Shown here one piece after another: positions 9,662 through 20,600 of a DNA stretch of 64,000 bases. The number at the start of each line of letters is the position of its first letter. The stretch's first letter is position 1. The position numbers and the translations under genes are program-made. The notes under the pieces are model-generated. The model searched no databases. It had not been told where the DNA came from and worked only from the letters and a program-made list of their open reading frames with translations. This DNA comes from Lachnospiraceae bacterium (lineage in GTDB: Bacteria; Bacillota; Clostridia; Lachnospirales; Lachnospiraceae), in NCBI GenBank assembly GCA_024687205.1, contig JAILES010000081.1, forward strand, positions 5,657 to 69,656, written 5' to 3'.

Positions 9662-9677
9662 CAACGCGTGATATAGT
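9649..9677 (+). promoter_or_regulatory. SigA promoter of clpB overlapping CIRCE
   Basis: TTGACA (9649-9654), 17 nt with TG extension, TATAGT (9672-9677). Confidence 0.8.
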
Positions 9678-9741
9678 ATAGACGATCGCTGAGGCGGTCG
9701 TCTTTATTTATATACTACGAAGCCATAAGGAGGTGAGCTTT

Positions 9742-12324
9742 ATGAACATACAGAAATTTACACAGAATTCGGTGCAGGCTGTGGAAGACTGCGAGAAATA
9801 TGCAATCGAATACGGCAACCAGGAACTGGAGCAGGAGCATCTTTTGTATGCTCTTCTGAAGCTCGATGACAGCCTGATACTTAAACTTGTTGAAAAAATG
9901 GAGATAAATAAAGAGCATTTCGTGGAGAGAGTCGAAAAAGCTCTTGAAAAGCGCGTCAAAGTACAGGGCGGCCAGCTCCATGTGGGTCCGGATCTCAATA
10001 AGGTACTGATCAACGCCGAGGATGAAGCAAAGGCCATGGGTGACGATTATGTTTCCGTGGAGCATCTTATGCTGGCCATGATCAAACACCCCAACAGAGA
10101 GATAAAGGCCATATTTACAGAATACGGCTTTACCAGGGACAGGTTTCTTACTGCTCTCGCCAGCGTCCGCGGCAACCAGCGTGTGACCAGCGACAATCCG
10201 GAGGCTACTTACGATACCCTGGAAAAATACGGCGTTGACCTGGTCGAGCGTGCAAGACAGCAGAAACTGGATCCCGTCATCGGCCGTGATAACGAGATAA
10301 GGAACGTGATCCGTATCCTTTCCAGAAAGACCAAGAACAATCCCGTCCTGATAGGTGAACCCGGCGTAGGAAAGACAGCCGTTGCGGAAGGCCTGGCCCA
10401 GCGTATAGTGAGGGGCGATGTTCCCGGAGGACTGAAAGACAAGAAGATCTTCTCTCTGGACATGGGTGCACTGGTAGCCGGAGCCAAGTACAGGGGCGAA
10501 TTTGAAGAGCGTCTGAAAGCCGTTCTTGAAGAAGTGCGAAAAAGCGAAGGCCGCATCATCCTCTTTATCGATGAGCTGCATACCATAGTCGGAGCCGGCA
10601 AAAGCGACGGTGCAATGGATGCCGGCAACATGTTAAAACCCATGCTTGCAAGAGGAGAACTGCACTGCATAGGCGCCACTACCCTGGATGAATACAGAAA
10701 ATATATAGAGAAAGATCCCGCTCTGGAGCGCCGTTTCCAGCCTGTCATGGTGGACGAGCCCACTGTCGAAGATACGATCTCCATTTTGAGGGGTCTTAAG
10801 GAAAGATATGAAGTATACCACGGCGTCAAGATCCTGGACAATGCACTGGTGAGCGCCGCTACTCTTTCCAACAGATATATCTCCGACCGTTTCCTGCCCG
10901 ACAAGGCCATAGACCTGGTAGATGAAGCCTGTGCGCTGATCAAGACCGAACTGGACAGCATGCCCACGGAACTCGACGAAGCAAGCAGACGCATCATGCA
11001 GATGGAAATAGAAGCAGCCGCTCTTAAGAAAGAAGACGATCATCTTTCCCAGGAAAGACTGGATGCCCTTCTGAAAGAACTGGCAGAAGAAAAGGAAGCT
11101 TTCGAAAAACAGAAAGCCCAGTGGGAAAACGAAAAAGCCGCGGTTGAAAAAGTATCAAAACTCCGTGAGCAGATAGAAGAAGTAAACAACGAGATACAGA
11201 TAGCCCAGCGTGAAGGCGATTACGAAAAAGCCGGCGAGCTTTCCTACGGAACGCTGCCTGCACTAAAAAAACAGCTGGAGGCTGAAGAAGAGATCGCAGG
11301 CAAACGCGACACCCGTATAGTACACGAGAATGTTTCCGAAGAAGAGATCGCGCGTATCGTAAGCCGCTGGACAGGCATCCCCGTTGCCAAACTGAACGAA
11401 TCCGAAAGGAACAAGACACTGCATCTGGACGGCGAGCTGCATAAGCGTGTTATAGGCCAGGACGAAGCCGTAGTCAGGGTAAGCGAAGCCATCATGCGTT
11501 CAAAGGCCGGGATAAAGGATCCCACTAAACCCATAGGCAGCTTCCTCTTCCTCGGCCCTACCGGTGTAGGTAAAACGGAACTTGCCAAATCCCTGGCGGA
11601 GACACTTTTCGATGACGAATCTAATATGGTCAGGATCGATATGAGCGAATACATGGAGAAGCATTCCGTATCAAGACTTATAGGAGCACCTCCCGGATAC
11701 GTAGGTTACGACGAAGGCGGCCAGCTGACCGAAGCGGTACGCCGTAAGCCTTATTCGGTAGTACTTTTCGATGAAGTCGAAAAAGCTCATCCGGATGTTT
11801 TTAACGTGCTGCTACAGGTACTGGATGACGGACGTATCACGGATTCACAGGGCAGGACCGTTGATTTCAAAAACACGATACTGATAATGACCAGCAACAT
11901 CGGTGCCCAGATACTTTTGGACGGCATAGATGAAAACGGCAATATCACCGAAGAGGCCGAGAAGGAGACCATGGAAGCCCTGAAGCTCCACTTCAGACCG
12001 GAGTTCCTGAACCGTCTCGATGAGACCATACTCTTCAAGCCTCTGACAAAGGATAATATCTCCGGCATAGTCGAGCTGATAATGCAGGATCTTAACAGAC
12101 GTCTTGCCGACAAAGAGATCAGTGTTGAACTGAGTAAGGAAGCAGCTGAGCTTATCAGCGATGAAGGTTACGATCCCGTTTACGGTGCAAGACCGCTTAA
12201 ACGTTATATACAGAAGACCGTAGAAACACTTTCCGCCAAGCTGATACTTGGCGGAAACATAAGTCGCGGCGATACAATACAGATAATAAATGATAACGGC
12301 GAACTGAAGGCAGTGAAGAGATAA
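9742..12324 (+). CDS. clpB: ATP-dependent chaperone ClpB
   Basis: Two AAA+ modules (GEPGVGKT; GPTGVGKTE) with a long coiled-coil middle domain. RBS AAGGAGGTG favours ATG 9742. Confidence 0.95.
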   Translation: MNIQKFTQNSVQAVEDCEKYAIEYGNQELEQEHLLYALLKLDDSLILKLVEKMEINKEHFVERVEKALEKRVKVQGGQLHVGPDLNKVLINAEDEAKAMGDDYVSVEHLMLAMIKHPNREIKAIFTEYGFTRDRFLTALASVRGNQRVTSDNPEATYDTLEKYGVDLVERARQQKLDPVIGRDNEIRNVIRILSRKTKNNPVLIGEPGVGKTAVAEGLAQRIVRGDVPGGLKDKKIFSLDMGALVAGAKYRGEFEERLKAVLEEVRKSEGRIILFIDELHTIVGAGKSDGAMDAGNMLKPMLARGELHCIGATTLDEYRKYIEKDPALERRFQPVMVDEPTVEDTISILRGLKERYEVYHGVKILDNALVSAATLSNRYISDRFLPDKAIDLVDEACALIKTELDSMPTELDEASRRIMQMEIEAAALKKEDDHLSQERLDALLKELAEEKEAFEKQKAQWENEKAAVEKVSKLREQIEEVNNEIQIAQREGDYEKAGELSYGTLPALKKQLEAEEEIAGKRDTRIVHENVSEEEIARIVSRWTGIPVAKLNESERNKTLHLDGELHKRVIGQDEAVVRVSEAIMRSKAGIKDPTKPIGSFLFLGPTGVGKTELAKSLAETLFDDESNMVRIDMSEYMEKHSVSRLIGAPPGYVGYDEGGQLTEAVRRKPYSVVLFDEVEKAHPDVFNVLLQVLDDGRITDSQGRTVDFKNTILIMTSNIGAQILLDGIDENGNITEEAEKETMEALKLHFRPEFLNRLDETILFKPLTKDNISGIVELIMQDLNRRLADKEISVELSKEAAELISDEGYDPVYGARPLKRYIQKTVETLSAKLILGGNISRGDTIQIINDNGELKAVKR

Positions 12325-12338
12325 TGAACTTCACCGCA

Positions 12339-14129
12339 TCAGTAACGCGTCAGCAGATGATAGGGGGATTCCAGTTCATCGGCAACGAGCTGGATCCCCG
12401 TAAATCTGAGTGAACTTCCTATATTAGTCTTTATATCAAAGGTTACCGTAGTACCGTCAAAAGTATAATGGAAGGTTCCGTAATAATCCTGGCCCTGGGT
12501 TTCCAGCGTACAGCTACCGTCGGATTTCAAGTCGAGATAATACGGAACATTACCGTTCTTCCAGCGTCCCTCTACTTCGGAAAAATCAAATTCTTCACCC
12601 GGCTCCACATAGTCGGGATTTTTTTCGATCGTAACATCCGGTTCTTTCAGCTTCTTTTTTTCCGGCTGCTTTTCTTCGGAAGCATTCTCTTCTCCGGTCG
12701 TTTCCGCTTCGGGATCTTCTTCGGTATCATCCATGTTTACAACCGTCGCAGAGTCTCCGTTGCCGTCATAGTCTTTGTTTATGTATATGGCAGGACGTAC
12801 GCCGCGGGATTCGTCAACCTTATTGCCCGCAACATTAAGCCAGCCCGTTGCACCGAGGCTTGATACACAGATAGCGGTGTTCCCGGAAAAGCCCGGTGAA
12901 CGCAGCCACCACCAGGTACCTTCTTTGCCTATAAAACTTCTGTAGTTATTTACATCATAGGAATTCTGACGAAGGAAGTCCTCTGTGATCTCCTGGCCTT
13001 CTATACCCTGCTGCTTCGCATATTCCGTAGGTGCGATGATCAGGAGTTCACTGTTACCGTACCTGCGCCCCGTGTCATAATAATTGAATTCGTAATAAGT
13101 GATGACTTCTTCAGCACTGAGAAGGAAGACTTTATCGCTCGTGTCGTTGCCTCCTCTTGTTTCATACATCTCATTGTCGGGATTCTCGATCTCAACACTG
13201 TTGATGCATGCCTGCTCTCCTTCGGTAAAGGCGGAGTTTATGAAGTCATCATTAAGCCAGCTGCGAAGCGGTGAAGTTTCCCAGCTCACATCTTTTTGAG
13301 AATCATTATAGGGCTGTGCATCCAGCACATAACGGCTCACCAGCAGCGTGCCCTTTTCGTTCGAATCAAGCACATCCCATTCTATCGGTTCCGGACCGTT
13401 AGCAAGATCGCCGTCCTGCTCATATGCACCGAACTCGACATAGCCGTTCTTCATGGAAGGAAGGATGTCTGCACGGTCTGTCCATGCCCTGCTTGATACG
13501 GGAGTGATATTATCATCGACTACTTCAGCCGATTCACCCGCATTCAGATCAAGTGAATTCTTTCCTGCCTCCACATGCACTACACCCTTTGTTACGTCGA
13601 CTCTCGTCTTTGCCGCGGATTTATCATAGGCTACGTTAAAAGTTGTTCCCCTGACGCTACAGGTGGCATTCGGCGTCTTAATCTCAAACTCCGAATGCTC
13701 GTTTAATTTCTTATCTATCGTAGCCAGCGCACTGCCGTAATCCAGCTTGATCGTTACTTTTCCGTTGTTTGCGATACCTGTGGCCTTTAAGGAAAAACGC
13801 GTATTCTCGGATGCAACCAGTTCCTTATCCGAATCGATGAGCAGCATGAGCTTGCCGTCATTTCCCGTAGTTACACGGTCATCTGTAACGAGTTTCAGTC
13901 CTTCGAAAATATCTTTTTCTTTCCCGCTGCGTTCCAGATCCACTTTGCCGTTCCACTCTTCTACCTTGACCGAACGGAATCCTATCAGGCTGAAATACGC
14001 ATACACGCCCCCGCCGATCAGAGCGACAAACAGCAAAAAGAAGAAGAACCTCCGTATCGGATGCTTCTTCTTTTTCTTTTCTTTAGTTTCCTTAACTGCT
14101 TCGGTTTCGCCTGTCTTATTCTTCTTCAT
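12339..14129 (-). CDS. Membrane-anchored FecR-domain + DUF6273-domain protein
   Basis: Basic N-terminus + TM, FecR-like EIKTPNATCSVRGTTFNV, then EFGAYEQ..PIEW, W..S.LRSWLN..F, DKVFLLS, WWWLRSPG..GVRPA (DUF6273-like). Confidence 0.7.
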   Translation of the reverse strand: MKKNKTGETEAVKETKEKKKKKHPIRRFFFFLLFVALIGGGVYAYFSLIGFRSVKVEEWNGKVDLERSGKEKDIFEGLKLVTDDRVTTGNDGKLMLLIDSDKELVASENTRFSLKATGIANNGKVTIKLDYGSALATIDKKLNEHSEFEIKTPNATCSVRGTTFNVAYDKSAAKTRVDVTKGVVHVEAGKNSLDLNAGESAEVVDDNITPVSSRAWTDRADILPSMKNGYVEFGAYEQDGDLANGPEPIEWDVLDSNEKGTLLVSRYVLDAQPYNDSQKDVSWETSPLRSWLNDDFINSAFTEGEQACINSVEIENPDNEMYETRGGNDTSDKVFLLSAEEVITYYEFNYYDTGRRYGNSELLIIAPTEYAKQQGIEGQEITEDFLRQNSYDVNNYRSFIGKEGTWWWLRSPGFSGNTAICVSSLGATGWLNVAGNKVDESRGVRPAIYINKDYDGNGDSATVVNMDDTEEDPEAETTGEENASEEKQPEKKKLKEPDVTIEKNPDYVEPGEEFDFSEVEGRWKNGNVPYYLDLKSDGSCTLETQGQDYYGTFHYTFDGTTVTFDIKTNIGSSLRFTGIQLVADELESPYHLLTRY

Positions 14130-14132
14130 GTC

Positions 14133-14342
14133 TTACAGCAGATTCTTGATCCCTTCTACGATCCCGCCTCCTGCAAGTTTTGCCTTGATAGCGGGGACCA
14201 CTTTCTCGACCATATCATCAGGAAGATCTACCCCGGTCACTTTCTCAACAGCTTTTACCGGGTTCTTTTTAAACTCTGCCTGTAAGTCCTTATCATTCTT
14301 TACTTTGTCAACTGTCTTTTCAATGATCTCTTTAACGTCCAT
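14133..14342 (-). CDS. Small conserved-type hypothetical protein (69 aa)
   Basis: RBS GAAAGGAG, extended -10 TGT-TATACT at 14386-14394, stop abuts the next gene's start. Confidence 0.75.
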   Translation of the reverse strand: MDVKEIIEKTVDKVKNDKDLQAEFKKNPVKAVEKVTGVDLPDDMVEKVVPAIKAKLAGGGIVEGIKNLL

Positions 14343-14611
14343 GGTTTTCTCCTTTCATCGTTTGCTCTAACAGTATGCAGCTTATAGTATAACACAAAAG
14401 CTCTCAGGCTTAAAGCGTTTATCTCGTTTCGGAATTCTTTGAAAACATTACGTATAACAGGATCCTTTGCAAACTCATGCTTGGGGTCCGTCATTTCCAC
14501 CGCGGAAAGCTTGGAGATAAAATCCATCTTTTCGTCCATGGTCTGTAATGAACCGTACTTATCCGTCAGTATCTTTTTCAGTTGATCCGAAGGGATATCC
14601 TTAAATTTCAT
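14300..14611 (-). CDS. Hypothetical 103-aa ORF, possibly the truncated 5' stub of a longer gene
   Basis: Good RBS (GGAAAGGA) 37 nt after the giant gene's stop. The last ~35 codons run through the promoter, RBS and start of the 69-aa gene. Confidence 0.45.
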   Translation of the reverse strand: MKFKDIPSDQLKKILTDKYGSLQTMDEKMDFISKLSAVEMTDPKHEFAKDPVIRNVFKEFRNEINALSLRAFVLYYKLHTVRANDERRKPWTLKRSLKRQLTK

Positions 14612-14648
14612 GCTGCTTATCCTTTCCCACCTTAAGTTTAAACATGTC

Positions 14649-17600
14649 TTATTTCTTGTTTCCCGGCTGCAGACTTAAGCGTTTCTTTTCATCGGGTTTG
14701 ATCTCAGGCTCATTATTCTTGATGTTCACGCTCTTTCTGCCTTTGCGTTCATCCTTGTTTGCATTCTTTTCATCCTTTAACATCTGATCGAACTTGATGG
14801 AGCGTTTGCGTTCCTGTGCGGGCGCAACAGCGTTATTATCTATCACTTCAAATACATCTTCGGTCCTGAAGAGATGGTTCCACTGACGCCATTTCTCCGG
14901 ATCATCTGTTTTGGCAGCTTTAAGATTTATATTGGCGCCTCTTAAGTTCAGCAGATTGTCCCTTAAGAATGATGACCTTGACTTCTTATCGGCTGCATTA
15001 TGTGCGGGATCTCCGAACAGCTCCGGCAGTCTCTCGTTATCACGTCCCTCATCCAGCTGTTTAAGTCTTTCCTCTGCATATTTCTTCGGAAGCTTTCCGT
15101 CTTTGTACTGTTCCGAGATACTGCGCATCCTGCTGACTCTCAGGCTTTCAAGCTGCTTCTCGAGAAGTTCCCTTTCCTTAAGAAGCGCTGACTTCTCCTG
15201 AACAAGCGGCCTTCTTTCCTCATAGGCTTCCAGACCCATGATGTCATCAAGGGAAAGTCTTGCCCTGTGCATCTTTTCATCGGCTGCCGCGATCTTAACA
15301 TCCCTGCGACCTATACGCTCATTGACCTTCCTTATCTTTTCGTTAAGCTCCTTCATTTCGTCAACAAAAGTTTTTTCATCTTTCTTTACCTTCTTGGCGA
15401 TCTGATCTTCCAGCTTATCCATCAGTTTTTCGGAATTGTTCTTAAGCTCCAGATAATTCTTCTTTGTAGTTTCCAGCTGCTTCTTCTGCTCAGCCGTAAG
15501 TTCAGGCATATTAAGCTCAGGATTGTCTTTTCTCAGGGCCTCATAACGCTCTGCCATATTTAAGAGCTCGTTCTCCAGGTTTTTCACCTGCTGTGTTTCC
15601 TGATACTGCGGCTGTGTCTGCTTTAATATCAGCAGTTCCATCAGTGCCTGCTGACGGGCCTGTACCAATCGGAAGGGCTCATACACATTCGGATCAAAGC
15701 TCATACTGCTTATACCGGGATCCGTTGAAGTATTATCAGCTGCAGCTTCCATCCTGATCTGGGCTTTTGCAGCGTCTTTCAGTATCTTCTCCAGTCGTCC
15801 TTCCTGAGCTGTCAGGAACGGATCTTCGGCTCCTGCTGCTGCGTTTCCTGCTTTGCTCTTCAGATATTCGGCATAATTAAAGGGTTTTCTGTAGGAAAAA
15901 TCTGCATTATAAGGCACCTTCACCAGGATCACATCCGGATCGAATTCATTCTCGGGCATGGTTACCACTGCCTTAAGAGCATCAATGCTGTCCTTATCCT
16001 TTCCTTTAAAAGCGTCCTTCGTATGCATCACGTTATTCAGGGCCGTGACGCCGAACTGCGACACATAACCATATATATTCTGTCGGAACAGGTATCTGTT
16101 CTGTGATTTACGCGCAGGATCATACACTTCGGGTTCTGCTTCAATGATCCCTCCTATACTTCTGAGATACTTGCCCACCAGATTTGAGTTTTTGCTCGTG
16201 ATGACACCGTTATAGTATCCGTTTGCTGCATAAGCAGTCATCTCACCGATACTCTTACCTTTGCCCAAAGCCTTTAAGCTGGTGCCCTCGCTTATCGCTG
16301 TGGTCTTCATTTTTTCTATCATCTCATCGGGATGAGCAGCAAATTCATCTACGGAAATGTTATTTGCTTTCAGCATATTTCCGAACTGCCATACCGCATT
16401 AAGCTGGGAAGCACTTACTCTGTCACGGGCATAACGCCAGGGTATACCGTCTTGCCTTACATTATCAAGATTATCCATATAATCTTTACCGGAGAATGAG
16501 TTTTTCGCCATTCTCATCAGCTCATCAGTTTCTCTTTGGATGTTTTTCATCTCGTCCACTGCAGTACTCAGTTTTTTGCGATTGGCTTCGACACTCATAT
16601 CTGCCTTGAGTGCTTCCGCAACAGCCTTTTGTGCATCGGCCACTCTGTGGAACGAGTATATCTTCGATGTTTCCTCTGCCGGTGAATTCGGCTTGAACAA
16701 TTTCATTTCTTCCATCTTTTTAAGGATTGCTGCCACGTTCTGTACATATCTCGGATCCAGAACCGGATTCACTTTTGAAGTACGGCGCACATCCTCTGCA
16801 CGATCTTCCTTTGTAACCGTTATACCCTTTCTGGTCTCATACAGGTCCTGCATGAAACTGTTTTCTTCCTTTTCACTTCCTTTTTTATGGTCGAGATCTA
16901 TGACTGCATTATAACGTTTTGTATCTACCGTCATCAGCTCGAGGTCTGCATTCTTAACTGCCGGTTTTGCTTTTGTGATAAGGCCGTTGGCCTCGTAAAG
17001 AACATTCCTGAACTCATCAAGTTCTTCCTGTGTTCCTCCGCCACTCATCTTTTTCCAGTCGTCACCGGCCTCTTTCAGCATCTCACGCACCCTGCCTGCC
17101 TGGGGATGATCCACCTGGCTTTCAAATTCCAGTGCATTTTCCAGACTGTCATCCGGCATGCTGCTGAAATCATATGACCTTATGGGCTTATATGCATTGT
17201 CAAGATCAATGAGTCTGTCACGTTCTTCTTCCGGAAGACTTGCGACCACGGCTGCAAAATAATGCTCTCTGTCTTCTGATGTCAGTCTGCCGAGCAGAGA
17301 AGAGTCAGGTACCGAATTCTTAAGCTTGGTAAACAGCGCGGCTGCTTCATTAGCACCCAGTGTATCCGTGAGCACATTCAGCAGTGTGTCTGCCGATATT
17401 GATTTTTTGATCTCTTCATACAGATATCTGTATCTGTCTTCCGCATCGTTCTCATTGATCCTTGCCGTACGATAAGCCTCCGGCTCCGAAAGATCGGTTT
17501 TATCGGTCCTCATTGTCTCGCTTACCGCAATCGTATCCTGTCTTTCGTTAAAGCGCTGTATCAGCCTCTGTGTGAGTTCCTCGGGAAGAACCCTTGCCAG

Positions 17601-20600
17601 ATTCTCATTCCTTAAATTGATCTGTCTTGCATTCTCTTCCTGCCGGCGTGCCAGCTCCTGCTGAGCCTGCTGCATTCTCTCTTCTCTTTCCTGCTGCAGT
17701 CTTTCAAGTTTTTCGAAAGGATCCTCGTTCTTCTCAAGTTCCAGAAGTTCTCTGATCTTCCGCTCATCATGCTCATAAGGTCTCGTGGTGAGTTCTTTGA
17801 TCTCCTTAGCCTCCTGAAGACGTCCCGCATGAGTATTCTTTCCGCTCTTATCCTGCAGTCCGTATTCAGGCATTTTTGCACTGTCGGTATCCTTAAGAGC
17901 CAGTATTTCAGAGATCCGCTTTCTTGCATAATCCGTAGTCACGTTGCCTGCCTTAGTCTGTTCAATGAGCCAGCTTCTCATGTTACTTACAAGAACCCTC
18001 TTTTGATCGACCATAAAGCTGACATGAGCATTATTATGCTCGGCTGCAGCCTCCTTACGCTCGGTCTCAAGCAGGTTATAGCTGTTTACGAAGCGCTCCT
18101 CTTCTCTCTTCAATTCATTGTTCAGTTCAGTGACGTGCTGTGCCGTATGCCTCTCGGCAACGCTGTTTGCATTCTTTCTTTCTTCTATCGCATGCTTCTG
18201 TTCAACTGTCAGCTTGCTCTCGGCAGCATTCATCTGAGTTTTGAACTGTTTTGCGTTTTCTTCAAAAGTCTTCCTCTGCTCATCACTGAGTGCCGGCAGA
18301 GCATACTCAGGATGTGCCGCACGGATCTGATCATAATACTGCGCCGCATTCATTATCTCGTCTTCCAGCAGATCAAAGCCCGGCTTTCCCCTGTCAGCCG
18401 CACGCTTGACCAGGAGCATTGAAAGTGCAGCCTGTCTGTTCATCATGAAGGAAACGGCGCCGAATTTTTTGCCTGCGATATTTCTGGCATCGCGGAGTAT
18501 CTCATCGGCTCTGGTGCTCAGAGCACTGTAGCCGTTATAGTGAGGTCCGAGACCTGCAACATAATCCGCTGCCGTGATCTTCGGAACAGGTCTTCCGTTC
18601 GCATCAAGCGGCTTATTTGTCAGCATTCTTCCTCTGTTGTTTTCAAGGTCTGCCATATCCACGATGGAAAGCAGCTGCTGTACTTCGTTTTTACGCTCCT
18701 TATTCCTATAAGGATTGTTGTTCACATGATGCAGCAGTACATTCGCACGGAACTGGTCACGTATCTTATAGTTTGTATAATTCTTCTTCCTGCGCTCCGG
18801 ATCATCGTCCATCATCGTGAGCGCTTCTTCGATACGTGTCAGGTTTGCCTGTATGCCCATGACTTCTGACTGGAAAGCACCTCTTTCAAAGTCGTCTTCA
18901 TTGCCGAATTCTCCGAGTATCTGTCCCGCACTCTTATTACGCAGTCTTATCTCCGGATCGCACATTTCCAGATTTTTCCTCACAACAGTCTCAATGAAAG
19001 CATTGGGATCTTCCTTAAACTGCTGTATGCTTACACCGCTCCACTTCAGTGCCGAGAATAACAGATGCACGGAATTGATCTTGCTGTTGTTATAATAATC
19101 CTTTGCGTATTCAAGCGGTACGTTAAGCTGACGCGTCGCGTCGATATTTCCCGCAACGCTGTATTTTGAAAAGTTCTTTTCATCATCCGCAAAGGCAAAC
19201 AGCTTATCCATATCGGCTCTTGCTTTTTCATAATTGCGCTTTGCGTTGATTATGGCCTGACGGTCTCCGTTATTTACGGCATCGATGAGTTCATATCTTG
19301 TCCTGCTTACCTCCGCAAAGCCTCTGGACTCAACTGTACCTCCGGGGAAATCATTGCTCATCTGCATACCCATCTCTTCCATCATGGTAAGCATTGTGGC
19401 AAAACTGTTGAGATTGTTTTCGCCCAGCCCAAGCTTGAGGTCCATCATCTTTTCAAAGCCGTCCTCAAGTACCGGAGATATACCGTTTGCGACAAAGTCC
19501 TCAGCGTTGGACATAAGGTCATTGACCACCTGCTTAAGCTCAATATCTTCTATCTCGTTAAATCCGTCGGCAAGATCTTTCTTTGAAGAATCACCTGCGA
19601 CCTCTTCCTGTATCCTCCTGTGTGAGAAATACTCATCCTTAACATGCGGATCTGCAAGGGTCACAAATTCATCAGCATACTCAAGCGCCTCAAGGTATTC
19701 ACGTTTTTCATTTTCGTTCAGTGTATCATCTGTCTTAAGTCCTTCCCTAAGCTCTTCGACTCTGTCATGAAGAATGTGACTTACCTGCTCATCAAGCTCC
19801 AGCTCCGTAAGCGTCTTTGTTTCAAGCATCTCCTTTTTAAGTCTCTGCTTATCATCATGGTAAAGGCGGTCACTTATCTCCTTAAGAAATCCATGACATT
19901 CTTCCGGTGTAAGACTGTCTGTAAGTCTTACATTTATCTTTGCGCGGATATCTGCCGGATTAGTCAGTGTTTGTACCGCTCTTGCCAGATTCTCCTGATA
20001 CCAGTCGGGCCATTTTGTTCTGATCCTCTCCAGCAGTTCTTCGTTGGACATAGTAGCCGTCACTGTTCTTACTACGCGGTTATAACGGTTCATCGCAGTA
20101 GTATATTCAATACCGCGCTTCACTATCTTCTGTATCATTTCCGGAGAAGTATCAGCTTTTATTTCCTCATAGGCTGTTTTTGCCTTAGCCATCGAATCAT
20201 AATCCAGCTCCGCGATCTGCTTTACGCTTCGCTTCATGAGGTCATCATCATCGTTTATCCTGTTGATCCTCTGAACCTTCCCCTTCTTTTGTTTTTCTGC
20301 AACATCCATGTCAGCCCTGCGTTCTTCCATGATACGCTTTCTCTCGTTTTCGAAAAGGTCTGTCACGCCATCCGCATAGAGATCCTCAGAAGGCTTACCG
20401 TCCCTTCTCTTCCCGCGCTCAGCTGTTACTTTCTCCTGTGCGGCTTTCTGTGTCTGTACTCTTTCATCGTGGAGCCTCTGTCTTTCGGTAATGATATCTT
20501 TTGCTACCAGCTTTCCGTCTATCTCCAGCACTTCCAACGCAACAGGGATATTTTCCTTGTAGATATCCTCCAGTTCGGCTTTATTTCCCGCATACCGTGC

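Noticed and set aside
12760-12930. DUF6273 C-terminus (WWWLRSP..GVRPA) as a diversity-generating retroelement target
   Set aside because: No second copy (template repeat) and no reverse transcriptase in the window
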